IMG/VR virus record: IMGVR_UViG_3300009103_000017
Span: 9,907-73,906 of that record
Length of the DNA stretch: 64,000 nt
Strand: one strand, 5' to 3'
Source: a virus
Shown: positions 20,781-31,249 of the stretch, piece after piece
Numbering within the stretch: the stretch's first letter is position 1
Layout: every line of letters starts with the position of its first letter
Position numbers and translations under genes: made by a program
Notes under the pieces: model-generated
The model's database searches: none
The model's input: only the letters and a program-made list of their open reading frames with translations
What the model was told of the DNA's origin: nothing

Positions 20781-21185
20781 ATGTCATTACGTGCCCACAA
20801 AAAGTGGCGGAAATTTTTAGGTGACTCTAAAACGGAGTTGATAAACGAGGAGATTGGACGCTCCCGTCAAAGGGGAATATATAAATTTTACTGCATGCTA
20901 TCATACGGCATCACAAGTGACGAAAACCATGCCCGCGGCCTCGACGATATTTTGGCAGACCTTCGAGCACTTCCGAATGTTACAATCGTAACAGTGGTAA
21001 TATCCAATCAGAAGATAGGAGAGGGGAGGTACATTGCGGGCCTAAGTATCAAATTTATACCCAGCGTCCCGGGTCAGTTTAATTCACCAGAAGATGTTAA
21101 AGTTAGAATTCTTAGAGATGTGAAGAGGCTGGGAAATGTAAAAAATCTTTTCAAAGTTTCCTCCGGCGTTGAAAGGATAGAATGA
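20781..21185 (+). CDS. Hypothetical protein with KKWRKFL leader
   Basis: ORF with RBS and upstream CTAATTA motif. Confidence 0.6.
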   Translation: MSLRAHKKWRKFLGDSKTELINEEIGRSRQRGIYKFYCMLSYGITSDENHARGLDDILADLRALPNVTIVTVVISNQKIGEGRYIAGLSIKFIPSVPGQFNSPEDVKVRILRDVKRLGNVKNLFKVSSGVERIE

Positions 21186-21186
21186 A

Positions 21187-21780
21187 TTGTCCGCAACACC
21201 TGAAGAAATAAAAAGAAGACATCTTCAGGAGCTGTTTGATGAAGTTCTGAAGGAAAAAAAGATTTTTCTAATTCCAAAGTTTGTACGCTGCTTTGAGAGT
21301 ACAGACCCTCCCAAGACTATAACTTCGTTTGGGTTTGAAGAGCGTTGCGGGTCGATAACAAAATCCTGTGAATTTGAAGAAGTTTCAGGAAAGGGGTTTG
21401 TAGATTGTATTTTTCGTACGTGTGTGAATTTCTATTCGGAAGAATACGAGAGCTTGAAAAATATTGAACTTGTTGATCTATTGATAACTCCTGTTTTTAG
21501 TTTTCGAGTTGCAACTCATGCATCCAAAGCAAATGTCTTACTTAAGATAAAGGTCGATTCGCGAGGTGAGTTTGAATTTAAAAATAAGTCAAACTTTATA
21601 ATATCTTCGAGTTATGCGAATATTCTTGCATCATTAGAATTTTTCATAAATTGTGAAAAAGCTTTTAGATTACTTAGGGACTTGACTTTAGATGCCAAAG
21701 AGAGAAACCGAGGAGATTTAGTTAGTGCATATTCATATAAATTATCAAGCTTAACAGAGATGAATACTTATGAAAAATAG
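21187..21780 (+). CDS. Hypothetical protein
   Basis: 197 aa ORF. Confidence 0.55.
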   Translation: MSATPEEIKRRHLQELFDEVLKEKKIFLIPKFVRCFESTDPPKTITSFGFEERCGSITKSCEFEEVSGKGFVDCIFRTCVNFYSEEYESLKNIELVDLLITPVFSFRVATHASKANVLLKIKVDSRGEFEFKNKSNFIISSSYANILASLEFFINCEKAFRLLRDLTLDAKERNRGDLVSAYSYKLSSLTEMNTYEK

Positions 21781-21913
21781 TCTGGTTGCTCTGGTCGCGT
21801 TCTTAATATCGGTGGTGCTTGTTAGTTGGAAGAGGGGTTTATTTTAATTATGCGAAATGTGTTATTAGTTTGTTGGATAGTTCTCTTGATAACTTTGGGA
21901 GTTGTAGCACATT

Positions 21914-22213
21914 ATGCCCAGAAAGACATTGATAGACAAATTGGTGAGACCACCAGAACTAATCAAAGGTGATTTAGTATATCATATATTATATGGGAGA
22001 GATTGGGTGGGAGTGTTCCTATCCTCAAAAGAGGAAACGCAAGGGCTTTCTACTCCGAGAGATATCGGCCTTGTTTGTATGCAGCCCGGAACAAAATATG
22101 AGTTTTTCTTCAAAAAATACTTGAAAAAATACTGGGTTGCTGATAATATGGGATATGTATCAATACATTGGCTCAGGAAACTTGAGGGCAACTTGGGTCC
22201 CAAAAAGAGATGA
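21914..22213 (+). CDS. KGDLV-type small beta-barrel (KOW/SH3-like) protein
   Basis: IKGDLVYH...VGVF pattern. Confidence 0.5.
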   Translation: MPRKTLIDKLVRPPELIKGDLVYHILYGRDWVGVFLSSKEETQGLSTPRDIGLVCMQPGTKYEFFFKKYLKKYWVADNMGYVSIHWLRKLEGNLGPKKR

Positions 22214-22216
22214 AAA

Positions 22217-22645
22217 GTGATTGAGAAAAATTTAAAGGTTGGAGACGCACTAATAGTGAAAGGTAATCGCGTTGTCTTGCTAACTAAGAAAACTAAAAAA
22301 TATTGGTATTATTACCTCGATGGCCATTCCGCCAGAATTAGCGATGAAAAACTGTGGAATTATATAGATTTTGGAGAAAACCACCGAAAGGTACATTACA
22401 ACGGCACAACAAAAAACCGCCACCGAAAACGAAAAGGTAGAACACTAGATTTGCATGGAGTGAGCCATGCAAAAGCTGATGATCAGATTCGAAAGTATTT
22501 GAACTTTATCGAATTACCAACTAATATTATTACAGGGGAGTCGAAAAAGATGAAGGACGCCGTGCGCACGGTAGTGACAGAATATGGCTGGTCGTGCCAT
22601 GAAGATCCAACCAATCCTGGGAAGATTATAATTGTTGAGAAGTAG
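22217..22645 (+). CDS. Smr-domain protein with KVGD-type N-terminal domain
   Basis: TLDLHG, IITG.S, NPG motifs of Smr. Confidence 0.75.
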   Translation: MIEKNLKVGDALIVKGNRVVLLTKKTKKYWYYYLDGHSARISDEKLWNYIDFGENHRKVHYNGTTKNRHRKRKGRTLDLHGVSHAKADDQIRKYLNFIELPTNIITGESKKMKDAVRTVVTEYGWSCHEDPTNPGKIIIVEK

Positions 22646-22657
22646 GAAAATCTTCGT

Positions 22658-23209
22658 TTGGTAGTTTTTTTAGCGACATTGCTTCTCCTGTCTCCGCCTG
22701 TGCCTCTTTCTTTGCCGTGGGGCGAAGAACACAGAGATCAGGTATATCTAAAGGATTATAGATATTTCTTTGGCGATCCCCAGTGGGGAACCGTTGTTTA
22801 TTTGGGAAAGGAAGATCTGCTGGGTTTGGAAACTGAAATTCAGCTTGAATATGTTGATAGAAAACTTTCCTCAGCGCTACTGGTATTGGGACCCGCGGGC
22901 CTAAATGAAATTAACTGTATCAAGAGATATAAGAAGGTTATAGGCTTCTTGAATGAGAAGTATGGTCACTATCGGCACCAAAATATAACAAAAGATCCAC
23001 TGATAGAAGAGCTGGTGGCCTATCGGCCATGTCACCCCGTAAGAGCAGAACTTTATGAAATAAAAACAATTTGGGTTATACCAACATTTAGAATAGAGGC
23101 CGAACTCGTAGGAGACGAAGAAGGCTTTTACATACAGATAGAATATATTTTTCTCAAAATTAAGAGAAAAATAAAACAAAGAAAAGAAAAGATATTTAGG
23201 AGTTTATAA
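22658..23209 (+). CDS. Hypothetical secreted protein
   Basis: Signal-like N-terminus. Confidence 0.5.
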   Translation: MVVFLATLLLLSPPVPLSLPWGEEHRDQVYLKDYRYFFGDPQWGTVVYLGKEDLLGLETEIQLEYVDRKLSSALLVLGPAGLNEINCIKRYKKVIGFLNEKYGHYRHQNITKDPLIEELVAYRPCHPVRAELYEIKTIWVIPTFRIEAELVGDEEGFYIQIEYIFLKIKRKIKQRKEKIFRSL

Positions 23210-23410
23210 AATGAAAAAAGTTTCAGTACATCTTGAACCACGCGAAAAAGTAATTAGGAAAAAATCACCAATGGATATGCTTATGAGTACAGCATGTCTT
23301 GACGTGTATAGATCTTTGACGTTGCCTCAAAAAATTCTTTCTAGAATGAAGCACCTTTTTTGTTCCCGAGATAATTATATTGATAAATTTTAGTATAAGG
23401 GTTTTTCACA

Positions 23411-23731
23411 ATGATAGGTTTGACCAAAGCTGCATCAAAAAAAGTATTAGAATTATTATCTGAACGATCAGAAATGTTGGGTTTGAGAGTTGCCGTCCGC
23501 GGAGGCGGATGTTCGGGTTTTCAGTATGTGCTAGAATTCGAAGAAGCCTTCAAGGAAAGTGACAGAGAGATTTCCTCTCATGGCGTTAGACTCTTTATTG
23601 ATCCGAAAAGTTATTTATATTTGATGGGAACAGAAATTGATTATGTGGATACACTTTCGGGTGCCGGCTTTAAATTTAATAACCCCACCGCTAGAAGGAC
23701 GTGCGGCTGCGGGGAAAGTTTTAGCATTTAG
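23411..23731 (+). CDS. iscA: Fe-S cluster carrier IscA/HesB family
   Basis: GGGCSG, IDY, CGCGESF. Confidence 0.95.
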   Translation: MIGLTKAASKKVLELLSERSEMLGLRVAVRGGGCSGFQYVLEFEEAFKESDREISSHGVRLFIDPKSYLYLMGTEIDYVDTLSGAGFKFNNPTARRTCGCGESFSI

Positions 23732-23734
23732 TGC

Positions 23735-23763
23735 TTGACATTTTTATAAATATCTGATAGTCT
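23735..23763 (+). promoter_or_regulatory. sigma70-like promoter
   Basis: TTGACA-17 nt-TAGTCT. Confidence 0.6.
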
Positions 23764-23947
23764 ATAACAAGATGAGTAAGAAAAATATTTTAAAAACCAT
23801 AGAGTCTGTATTAGCTAAGTACGCTAAAGAACAGACAAACTTAGTATCTGAGTCTGCCCGCAAGCAAATTGCGGCTGAAATTTTAGAACAGCTGTCGGGT
23901 AAATATTATATGACAGCTTTCAACACATATGATTTAAAGGAATAGAC

Positions 23948-24232
23948 ATGAAAATTGTTTTACTTTCGCTAGTCTTTCTATCAGGCTGTGCTATAAATGA
24001 AAATATAGACAACGCCGATGCATCACTCCCTGATTGTGGCAAATCTGAAAGTATTTGGGTCTGCCACAATCCACAATCAGAATATCACGGTACCCGCTGC
24101 AATGAGGAGTGCTATTGGGTCGGTCATATGAGGAGTGAGAATTCTTACTGTTGGCTGCTGGACGAACAAGACTGCAGGCGGCCCCTTGATTTTGCATGGC
24201 AAAAAAATCATTGCCACTTGCTGGGAGAATGA
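23948..24232 (+). CDS. Cys-rich lipoprotein
   Basis: Lipobox FLSGC; multiple Cys. Confidence 0.6.
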   Translation: MKIVLLSLVFLSGCAINENIDNADASLPDCGKSESIWVCHNPQSEYHGTRCNEECYWVGHMRSENSYCWLLDEQDCRRPLDFAWQKNHCHLLGE

Positions 24233-24632
24233 ATCCTGCATAAGAAGGGGGACATAGTATATATCAAGGATTATCCTTTTGGGAGATCTATGAGAATTTC
24301 AGGCGAAATAGTCGGCATCTTATCTGATGATCATTATAACGTCAAAATACTAACAGGCTTCAACAAGGGCAGTATAATAAAATACAAGTACTGGAAGTTG
24401 GATCCGCTCAAGCAAGAAGAAAATAAGAAAATTGTTTTTGAATAAAAAGGAATTTTATCTGGAAACTGTAACTGGTGATCTGCTTTTAGTTGAAGTGCAG
24501 GAGCATCACGGTTGTGTAGTTTTGACAATAGGAGATAAAAGATACGATTTAACACCGGACGCATCATTCGATTTGGTTGATGCTATAACCATGGTCGCGA
24601 ACGGCGTAGAATCACACACAGGAGAAGAGTAA

Positions 24633-24911
24633 ATGGAAGAGAAACCCTATAGATATCGATTGGGTCCAGGAATAAAGTGGCAGGATGTTACATCTCGTAG
24701 TATAATATCTGGATACACTGTGGATAATTTAAATACAAAATCTTTAGAGGATACTGACAGCCCATTTGAAAAGTTGTTTGTCTTGATAAGAGAGGAGTTG
24801 TTGAAAAACGAATCTCGTTGTATGGATAGTGAAGAGGACAGGTTACATCTTTGTCAGGTTGTGAGTGACAAATTAGATAAGGAGCTTAAAAAGAATGGCT
24901 CCTACCTATGA
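24633..24911 (+). CDS. Hypothetical protein
   Basis: ORF with RBS. Confidence 0.5.
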   Translation: MEEKPYRYRLGPGIKWQDVTSRSIISGYTVDNLNTKSLEDTDSPFEKLFVLIREELLKNESRCMDSEEDRLHLCQVVSDKLDKELKKNGSYL

Positions 24912-25083
24912 AGGGTGTTGCCCTTAAGACGAGTACGATGTTATACTCCAAGCGGCACAAGTGTTATGGTCAGTGTATAGCAATCAAGGGGTATTTTGCG
25001 TATATAATATTCGTAAACCACCAGAGTGGGTGGTACCATTCTGCTGAATTAGAAAAAAGTCACATCAATAAGAGAAATTATAG

Positions 25084-25112
25084 TTGACTTTTGTATCCAC
25101 ATGTAGTAATCT
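25084..25112 (+). promoter_or_regulatory. sigma70-like promoter
   Basis: TTGACT-17 nt-TAATCT. Confidence 0.65.
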
Positions 25113-25145
25113 ATATATAGGTTAAAATAAAAAAAGGATTTACTC

Positions 25146-25391
25146 ATGAGAGTAATAAACAAGAAGGTTGCAAGCTCCTGGGCCAGTGGTGTCGCAACAT
25201 CGTCACATACAGGTAATTTTTGGACTGATGGTGTGAAACTTTATTCATACCGGCTGCTTATTGGAGATACCTCCGCTACCGGCGAAAAGGTACTGAGGGA
25301 TCATACGGCCAGGGGGAAATGGGGCTTTTCGTCTCAAACAACAAGCTGTCATGTTAATATGGCGAAGCCCTATGCGGATATGGTGGATTAA
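25146..25391 (+). CDS. Hypothetical protein
   Basis: ORF after promoter and RBS. Confidence 0.6.
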   Translation: MRVINKKVASSWASGVATSSHTGNFWTDGVKLYSYRLLIGDTSATGEKVLRDHTARGKWGFSSQTTSCHVNMAKPYADMVD

Positions 25392-25393
25392 CG

Positions 25394-25582
25394 ATGCCAT
25401 CATCGCCTTTGAACTTTAAGAAGGGGGATTTGGTGATTGACAGAAATGACAAGCACGGAATATTGATAAGTCTAGAAAAGATTCCTATTTTTTCTGAAGA
25501 TTTTATATGTGAAGTCCTGTTTACGTCAGCAGCAAAGCCAGACAGAATAATGTTGTCGTCACTGAGAAAGGTCAATCCGTAG
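25394..25582 (+). CDS. KGDLV-type small protein
   Basis: FKKGDLVID...HGILI. Confidence 0.5.
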   Translation: MPSSPLNFKKGDLVIDRNDKHGILISLEKIPIFSEDFICEVLFTSAAKPDRIMLSSLRKVNP

Positions 25583-26214
25583 TGTTAGAGAGAGTTGATC
25601 TACTTTTATTACGCGCCCAGCTTTACCTTTCTGATCGTGAAAAAGAATTTTTACAGTCTATTCGATCACATTTTATTAGAAAGGGGCTCCTATCCACGGG
25701 TCAGGAATCATGGCTTTCAACTCTTGAGGAAAAATATTCAGAAGAAAGTATTCAAAACCAAAAGCTTTGGGACCAGAGATGGTCTTCTGACCATCGAGAG
25801 GTGGCTCTTCGAGTAGCTAAATATTACGAAGCTAATCCCCCGTATTTTAGCAAAACTGTTTCAAAAGTACTTAATAGTCCTGAGACATTTCTTTTATCCG
25901 AAAGCGAGTGGAACAAATTTTGCGGCAACAAGTATGCAAAAAGAATTATTTCCGAATATAGTGAAGACCCAAAATTTACCGAGGGGGAGTGTGTACAAAT
26001 TCGCAAGCGAAATAAGGTTGTAACTGCTAATTATAACAGTGGTATGCCTACTTTGTCACTTGCTGATAAGACTGGCTTTGTTTTAAAGGTCAACGCGCGC
26101 CCAATAATAAGGGCAGCAAAGGGTTCTAAAATTTATCAAGTTTTACTTGCGGGTTTCAGTGTGCCTATTTATGCTCACGAATCAGATCTCAAGAAGAGGA
26201 GAAATACGAAATGA
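25582..26214 (+). CDS. Hypothetical protein with C-terminal SH3-like domain
   Basis: KFTEGECVQI...HESDLKK. Confidence 0.55.
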   Translation: MLERVDLLLLRAQLYLSDREKEFLQSIRSHFIRKGLLSTGQESWLSTLEEKYSEESIQNQKLWDQRWSSDHREVALRVAKYYEANPPYFSKTVSKVLNSPETFLLSESEWNKFCGNKYAKRIISEYSEDPKFTEGECVQIRKRNKVVTANYNSGMPTLSLADKTGFVLKVNARPIIRAAKGSKIYQVLLAGFSVPIYAHESDLKKRRNTK

Positions 26215-26579
26215 AAATAAAATCTATTTCTTTTTTATTTGTCAATGAGCGTGTTGTATTGAAGCCAAACTATCGCGGCCGCTTCGAGTTGCCTTACGAT
26301 AGTAAAGTAAGGGGATCCCACAAGACATCTTATCGTGAAACCAAAGTAAAAGATATAGTGAGCCATAGCGAGATTAGAACTCAAGATCCTGTAATCACTC
26401 TGGAGAATGGGGAAAAGGTTAGAGTCTTCCAAGCTGGAGAGGGAAGTTATATGCTGACTTATGCAGCAAGCATAATCGAAAAGTTTGATAAGAGTACATG
26501 GTCAAGGGGGGTTTCTTTTTCCACGAAAAAATCAGAACAAATAGAGTTTCCTTGGCCCGATGATGAAATTGACTGGTAG
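26211..26579 (+). CDS. Hypothetical protein
   Basis: Coupled ORF. Confidence 0.55.
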   Translation: MKIKSISFLFVNERVVLKPNYRGRFELPYDSKVRGSHKTSYRETKVKDIVSHSEIRTQDPVITLENGEKVRVFQAGEGSYMLTYAASIIEKFDKSTWSRGVSFSTKKSEQIEFPWPDDEIDW

Positions 26580-26829
26580 AAATATACTTCCCGTAGAAGT
26601 CGGTGATTTGGTTATATGTACTTTTATGGGGACCACTGAATATGAAAAGGTGGGCCTAGTTCTGGATCGCATTCACTATGTGGAGGAGAAGAAGCAACGA
26701 TCCCACCCCGATGAATATAGTTGCTTGGTTCTGTTCGAAAACGGAGAAAGGATGGTCAGAGCAAAATGGCTACAGGTTCTTTCGAAAAATCTAGAAAAGG
26801 AGGGAATTTGTGACAACACATCATTATGA
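26560..26829 (+). CDS. VGDLV-type small protein, paralog of 26826..27053
   Basis: VEVGDLV; HPDEY and VRAK shared with the next gene. Confidence 0.6.
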   Translation: MMKLTGRNILPVEVGDLVICTFMGTTEYEKVGLVLDRIHYVEEKKQRSHPDEYSCLVLFENGERMVRAKWLQVLSKNLEKEGICDNTSL

Positions 26830-27053
26830 GACAGAAGTTTGACATCGGCGATTTGGTTAAGGTCGAATATCCCGTAGATAAAACAGGCGTAGTGCTAGAA
26901 ACAAAGCTTATCAACTCGATCGTCCAAATGGATACAGAGCCATGGACATGGCATCCTGATGAATACAGGTGCAAAATTAAATTTTTAAACTCACCAGAAA
27001 CAAAGTGGGTGAGAGCGAAAATGCTCTCCCATCTATCAAAAATAAATGAATAA
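26826..27053 (+). CDS. IGDLV-type small protein
   Basis: FDIGDLVKV; HPDEY; VRAK. Confidence 0.6.
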   Translation: MRQKFDIGDLVKVEYPVDKTGVVLETKLINSIVQMDTEPWTWHPDEYRCKIKFLNSPETKWVRAKMLSHLSKINE

Positions 27054-27058
27054 TTTCA

Positions 27059-27087
27059 TTGACTTACAGAACTAATTCTGTTAATAT
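27059..27087 (+). promoter_or_regulatory. sigma70-like promoter
   Basis: TTGACT-17 nt-TAATAT. Confidence 0.65.
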
Positions 27088-27119
27088 ATATATACAACAA
27101 TTAAAGAAAGGAGTTTTCT

Positions 27120-27956
27120 ATGAGTTACAGCGGAACAGTTCGTTGCGGTTATTGCTACACTTCGGGTCACAACAGGCTTGGTTGTCCCGATCGAAGAAAG
27201 TTTGCACTAGAAAATCCAGAAAGTTATGAATCCCGCCGATGGCACCGAGAACAGGAAGAAAGAAAGAGGCAAGTTGAGAATCGAGTGTGCTCTTACTGCA
27301 AGGAACCCAAGCACAATCGGAGAGGCTGCAAATTACTCAAAGAAGACCGGAGCCTCGTTGTACAAAGGCAAGATGAATATCGTAAAGAGTTTTATCATGC
27401 GACCTCTTCGGCCGGCCTAGGCCCGGGATCTCTGGTCAGGGTTCCCTTGGGAAGTCGCAACGATGAGGATGGCATCTGGTCAAAGGGTTATGTCGCCATG
27501 GTCACGCGCGTTCATTGGCATAATGTGGATTTTCTTTTGAAGGACACAGATTTAACTCGCGGTTGGAGGGAGCGTGACAGAGCATTGTTTCAGGCGCGCG
27601 TAGTGTCGCCCTTCGGATACACAGAAGAAGACGAGTCTTACTATCGAAGCCCGCCGCGGTTTAATGAAGTTAAAAATTTAAGTGTGCTGCATGTACACAA
27701 GTTGCTGTCACCAGCCATCAATGAATCTGACTTTGGAGTTGACGGCGATCTTGTTGCTGAGCTTGTCGGGCCTGTAAAAGAGGTCCCACTACCGCCACAA
27801 GATTCTCCCGATTTTACACCGGAATTAAATAGCAGGTTTCATTTTGACCCGGGCCCGCGATCCGATGAATATGATAAGAAGAGGCCGCATCTTTCCGGAG
27901 AACAGTGGAGTCGTGTTCGGCCCGAGGAACACAGAGACCTTCTGCCAAAGGAATAG
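27120..27956 (+). CDS. Protein with two CCHC zinc knuckles
   Basis: CGYCYTSGHNRLGC and CSYCKEPKHNRRGC. Confidence 0.7.
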   Translation: MSYSGTVRCGYCYTSGHNRLGCPDRRKFALENPESYESRRWHREQEERKRQVENRVCSYCKEPKHNRRGCKLLKEDRSLVVQRQDEYRKEFYHATSSAGLGPGSLVRVPLGSRNDEDGIWSKGYVAMVTRVHWHNVDFLLKDTDLTRGWRERDRALFQARVVSPFGYTEEDESYYRSPPRFNEVKNLSVLHVHKLLSPAINESDFGVDGDLVAELVGPVKEVPLPPQDSPDFTPELNSRFHFDPGPRSDEYDKKRPHLSGEQWSRVRPEEHRDLLPKE

Positions 27957-27960
27957 TAGA

Positions 27961-28179
27961 ATGAAGATTAACCCGTTTGAGGCCCACCCAGAGTCTTCGC
28001 CACCTCAAAAAAAACCTAATAATATCTTGACCTTAGAACAAATTCGTGATATTATAAGCAATAGAATAATTGAGGTCGGAACAGAGCAGGAACCAAAATG
28101 GGGATGGGACCGACATTCCATCTGTGCACTGCTTAACAATATAATGATAGAATTGGAAGAAGAATGTCACAACAACTAG
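27961..28179 (+). CDS. Hypothetical protein
   Basis: ATG 27961 follows the upstream stop. Confidence 0.5.
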   Translation: MKINPFEAHPESSPPQKKPNNILTLEQIRDIISNRIIEVGTEQEPKWGWDRHSICALLNNIMIELEEECHNN

Positions 28180-28748
28180 AAGATAATGTATATCGAATGA
28201 GCAACCCCGAGCTTATTGGACTGGCAAAGAACCGATGGCTACCGGCAAATGTTCAGATGGCCATAGCGAAAAATCATTATGCCCGGGCCAAGTGGTATCT
28301 GGCAGAAAACGATGGTCTCGACAAGAGAGTGAGAGATTATCTGTGGTCCGATGAGTGTAACAGGGGATATTCTCTCAAGACGCTAATGATTTCTCATGGC
28401 CAATATTTAGACGAACCAGAGAAATATCGCGAGCTTTACGATAAATATCCTTCTGCGTGGTTTCGTTCTAGCTGGAGAATGTCAAGTGCCTTTTTTGGGC
28501 ACTACTGGTATCGGAATAAGAACGGCTCCGCGGCAACGCCATCAGATCTTTTGAACCGAATTTATGATGAAAAGTACGACCCGAGAACCGTCGATCTGAA
28601 AGCAGCCAGCTATTATAGCCCACGTTATGAGTTGGAGAGGCTTGCCAAACACAATAATGTGGATCTTGAGTTGGCGATTAAACTATCTCAGTGTGGCATT
28701 GATACAGTTCAGAAGATGGGATTTGACAAAATCGTCGAATTATCTTGA
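28164..28748 (+). CDS. Hypothetical helical protein
   Basis: 194 aa ORF. Confidence 0.6.
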   Translation: MSQQLEDNVYRMSNPELIGLAKNRWLPANVQMAIAKNHYARAKWYLAENDGLDKRVRDYLWSDECNRGYSLKTLMISHGQYLDEPEKYRELYDKYPSAWFRSSWRMSSAFFGHYWYRNKNGSAATPSDLLNRIYDEKYDPRTVDLKAASYYSPRYELERLAKHNNVDLELAIKLSQCGIDTVQKMGFDKIVELS

Positions 28749-28780
28749 TAAAATTTCTTTAAAACTATTAAAATTATATC

Positions 28781-28809
28781 TTGACTTTGGACCCAAGATG
28801 TGACATACT
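28781..28809 (+). promoter_or_regulatory. sigma70-like promoter
   Basis: TTGACT-17 nt-CATACT. Confidence 0.55.
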
Positions 28810-28857
28810 TATTAAAGATGGAAAAACAAAAACTGCTCAAATAAAGGAGAAATATCA

Positions 28858-29928
28858 ATGGCAGTTGATTTCAAGACTTTTTCAAATATCGTTGGATTCG
28901 TAACGAATGTACGAAAACCAGTACTGCTACGGGGCCGTCATGGTATCGGCAAATCTACTGTTGTTTACCAGTATGCCGAAGCAATTGAAATGCCAGTTGT
29001 TGAACGTAGAGCTTCACAAATGACAGAAGGCGATTTGGTTGGCCTACCGGTGATTTCAGGTAATTCCACCAAATTTAATCCACCAGATTGGTTTAAGCAT
29101 GCTTGCGACTTTCCTGTTGTGTTGTTTCTGGACGAAGTAGACAGGGCAACATTGGAAGTCCGACAGGGAATTTTTGAATTGACCGACAGCCGAAAGCTTA
29201 ACGGCCACGAACTTCACCCTGAAACGGTAGTTTTTGCAGCAATTAATGGCGGCGACCACGGCTCTCAATATCAGGTAGGTGAGATGGATCCAGCCGAATT
29301 GGATCGTTGGACTGTGTTTGATATTGAGCCTTCAGTAGAAGACTGGTTATCGTGGGCAAAGGATTCAAATCTTTCTGAAATTACGTGGGATTTTATTAAT
29401 CAAAACCGCGTTCACTTAGAGCACAAAGACGATTATGAGCCTAACAAAGTTTACCCATCTCGTCGATCATGGGAGCGTTTGGACAACTGCTTGACCGAGG
29501 GTTCTCTGTTGGAGGAATCAAGTCCGACCCTATACAACTTGACTGCTGCATTTGTCGGGTTTGAAGCTGCGGTGGCCTTTAATGATTTTGTTGCCAATTA
29601 TGATCGACAGGTGACTGTTGAGGATATTTTGATTAAGGGGGACTTTAGCAAAGTCGGTGACTTCGGAATTAACGACCACACTGCTCTTATAGACAAGTTC
29701 GAGGGTGCTGAATCCTTTAAAAAAGAGTTGCCTCAAGATCAGGTTGACAATCTGGCACGCTACTTTGTGATGCTTCCGTCAGAGGTTGCTATGAAATTGT
29801 GGTCTGTTTTGGGCACCGGCGCCTTGAACAATACCATTAAACTACACCAGTCTGAGGTAGACGGAAACTCTGTCTCTGAGTTTCTGGTTAAGATTCTCGC
29901 TGGAGACCAGTCAGATGAGTCAAAGTAA
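28858..29928 (+). CDS. MoxR-like AAA+ ATPase
   Basis: GRHGIGKS, LFLDEVDRA, AAIN, MDPAELDR, PSRRSW. Confidence 0.88.
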   Translation: MAVDFKTFSNIVGFVTNVRKPVLLRGRHGIGKSTVVYQYAEAIEMPVVERRASQMTEGDLVGLPVISGNSTKFNPPDWFKHACDFPVVLFLDEVDRATLEVRQGIFELTDSRKLNGHELHPETVVFAAINGGDHGSQYQVGEMDPAELDRWTVFDIEPSVEDWLSWAKDSNLSEITWDFINQNRVHLEHKDDYEPNKVYPSRRSWERLDNCLTEGSLLEESSPTLYNLTAAFVGFEAAVAFNDFVANYDRQVTVEDILIKGDFSKVGDFGINDHTALIDKFEGAESFKKELPQDQVDNLARYFVMLPSEVAMKLWSVLGTGALNNTIKLHQSEVDGNSVSEFLVKILAGDQSDESK

Positions 29929-31156
29929 TTTTGATTTGAACATGCACACGGCTCGTCTACTGATGGACGAGCCGTTCTTCGCAGCAATTTCTAGAAGAAT
30001 TGATAAGCGCGCCTCCAACGCTGTACCTACAGCGGGTGTCCTCGTCAACCCCGACAGTGCACAGTTCGAGATGTTGTATAATCCTGATTTTTTCGCTGGC
30101 TTGACTGATCTTGAAAGAGCGGACGTATTAAAGCATGAGTTTTATCACATAACTTTTCTTCACGTCACAGATAGGATGCCGGAGGGGATTAATCCAAAGC
30201 TATGGAACATTGCGACCGATTTAGCCATTAATTCACATTTGCATAATTTGCCAAAGGGCGGCTTGATTCCCGGAGAAGCTGGCACACCTTTTGAAAACTT
30301 ACCAAGAGGAATGTCAGCTGAGTGGTATTTGGCTAATCTCCCTGACTTCAATACACCCCAATCTCAGCCGAATGGGAAGGAGCCGTCAGAAGAGGGTCAA
30401 TCTTCTGGTGAGAAATCGGAAGGCAAGGGGGAGGGTGATTCAAAGGAGGACGGGTCCGGCGACGGGATCCCTGATAGTCTTGATGACCATAGCGGCTGGG
30501 GCGCATGCGCTCAGGAAGTAAGGGACATGGCACGCGAACGACTCAAAGATATTGTTAAGAAGGCTGCAGATGAATGTTCCAAGAATAGTTCCTGGGGATC
30601 CGTCGGGGCCTCAACGAGACAAAAAATCATGAAGATTTTTGAATCTAAAATTGATTGGAGAAAGGTCTTGCGCTTTTTTGTGAAGGCAAGTCAAAAAGCA
30701 AACCGGACATCATCCATCAAGCGAATTAACCGAAGGTACGCCTATATTCACCCCGGCAAGAAAGCAAACCGAGTAGCAAAGGTAGCTATTTCTATTGACC
30801 AATCCGGTTCGGTTAGTAACGATATGTTGGGCAAGTTTTTTGCAGAGTTGAATAAGTTAGCTGAAATTGCAGAGTTCACTGTAGTTCCTTTTGATACACA
30901 CGTAGACGAGGAGAAGGTATACATTTGGAGGAAGGGTCAGCGAAAGGAGCAAGAGCGCGTCCTGTGTGGTGGTACTAATTTCGACGCGCCAACGGAATAT
31001 GTTAATCAAAGACAGTTTGACGGTCACATTATTTTGACAGATCTGGAAGCACCGAAACCCAAACCCAGTAAGTGCCAGAGGATGTGGATGACCACACCCA
31101 AGTATGCAACGCGCCCCTATTTTGAAACCAAAGAAAGGGTTGTAGCCATTGAGTAA
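29915..31156 (+). CDS. DUF2201-type putative metallopeptidase with vWA domain
   Basis: HEFYH, WNIATDLAIN, IDQSGS, GGTNF, ILTD. Confidence 0.85.
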   Translation: MSQSNFDLNMHTARLLMDEPFFAAISRRIDKRASNAVPTAGVLVNPDSAQFEMLYNPDFFAGLTDLERADVLKHEFYHITFLHVTDRMPEGINPKLWNIATDLAINSHLHNLPKGGLIPGEAGTPFENLPRGMSAEWYLANLPDFNTPQSQPNGKEPSEEGQSSGEKSEGKGEGDSKEDGSGDGIPDSLDDHSGWGACAQEVRDMARERLKDIVKKAADECSKNSSWGSVGASTRQKIMKIFESKIDWRKVLRFFVKASQKANRTSSIKRINRRYAYIHPGKKANRVAKVAISIDQSGSVSNDMLGKFFAELNKLAEIAEFTVVPFDTHVDEEKVYIWRKGQRKEQERVLCGGTNFDAPTEYVNQRQFDGHIILTDLEAPKPKPSKCQRMWMTTPKYATRPYFETKERVVAIE

Positions 31157-31249
31157 GAAAGAGATTTTTGTAACGACCGTGGCCATCGCGTCGGCGGTTT
31201 CATTTTTGTTGTGGTGTGTGTTTCCCAGTGAAATATATTGGCTCTAAAT

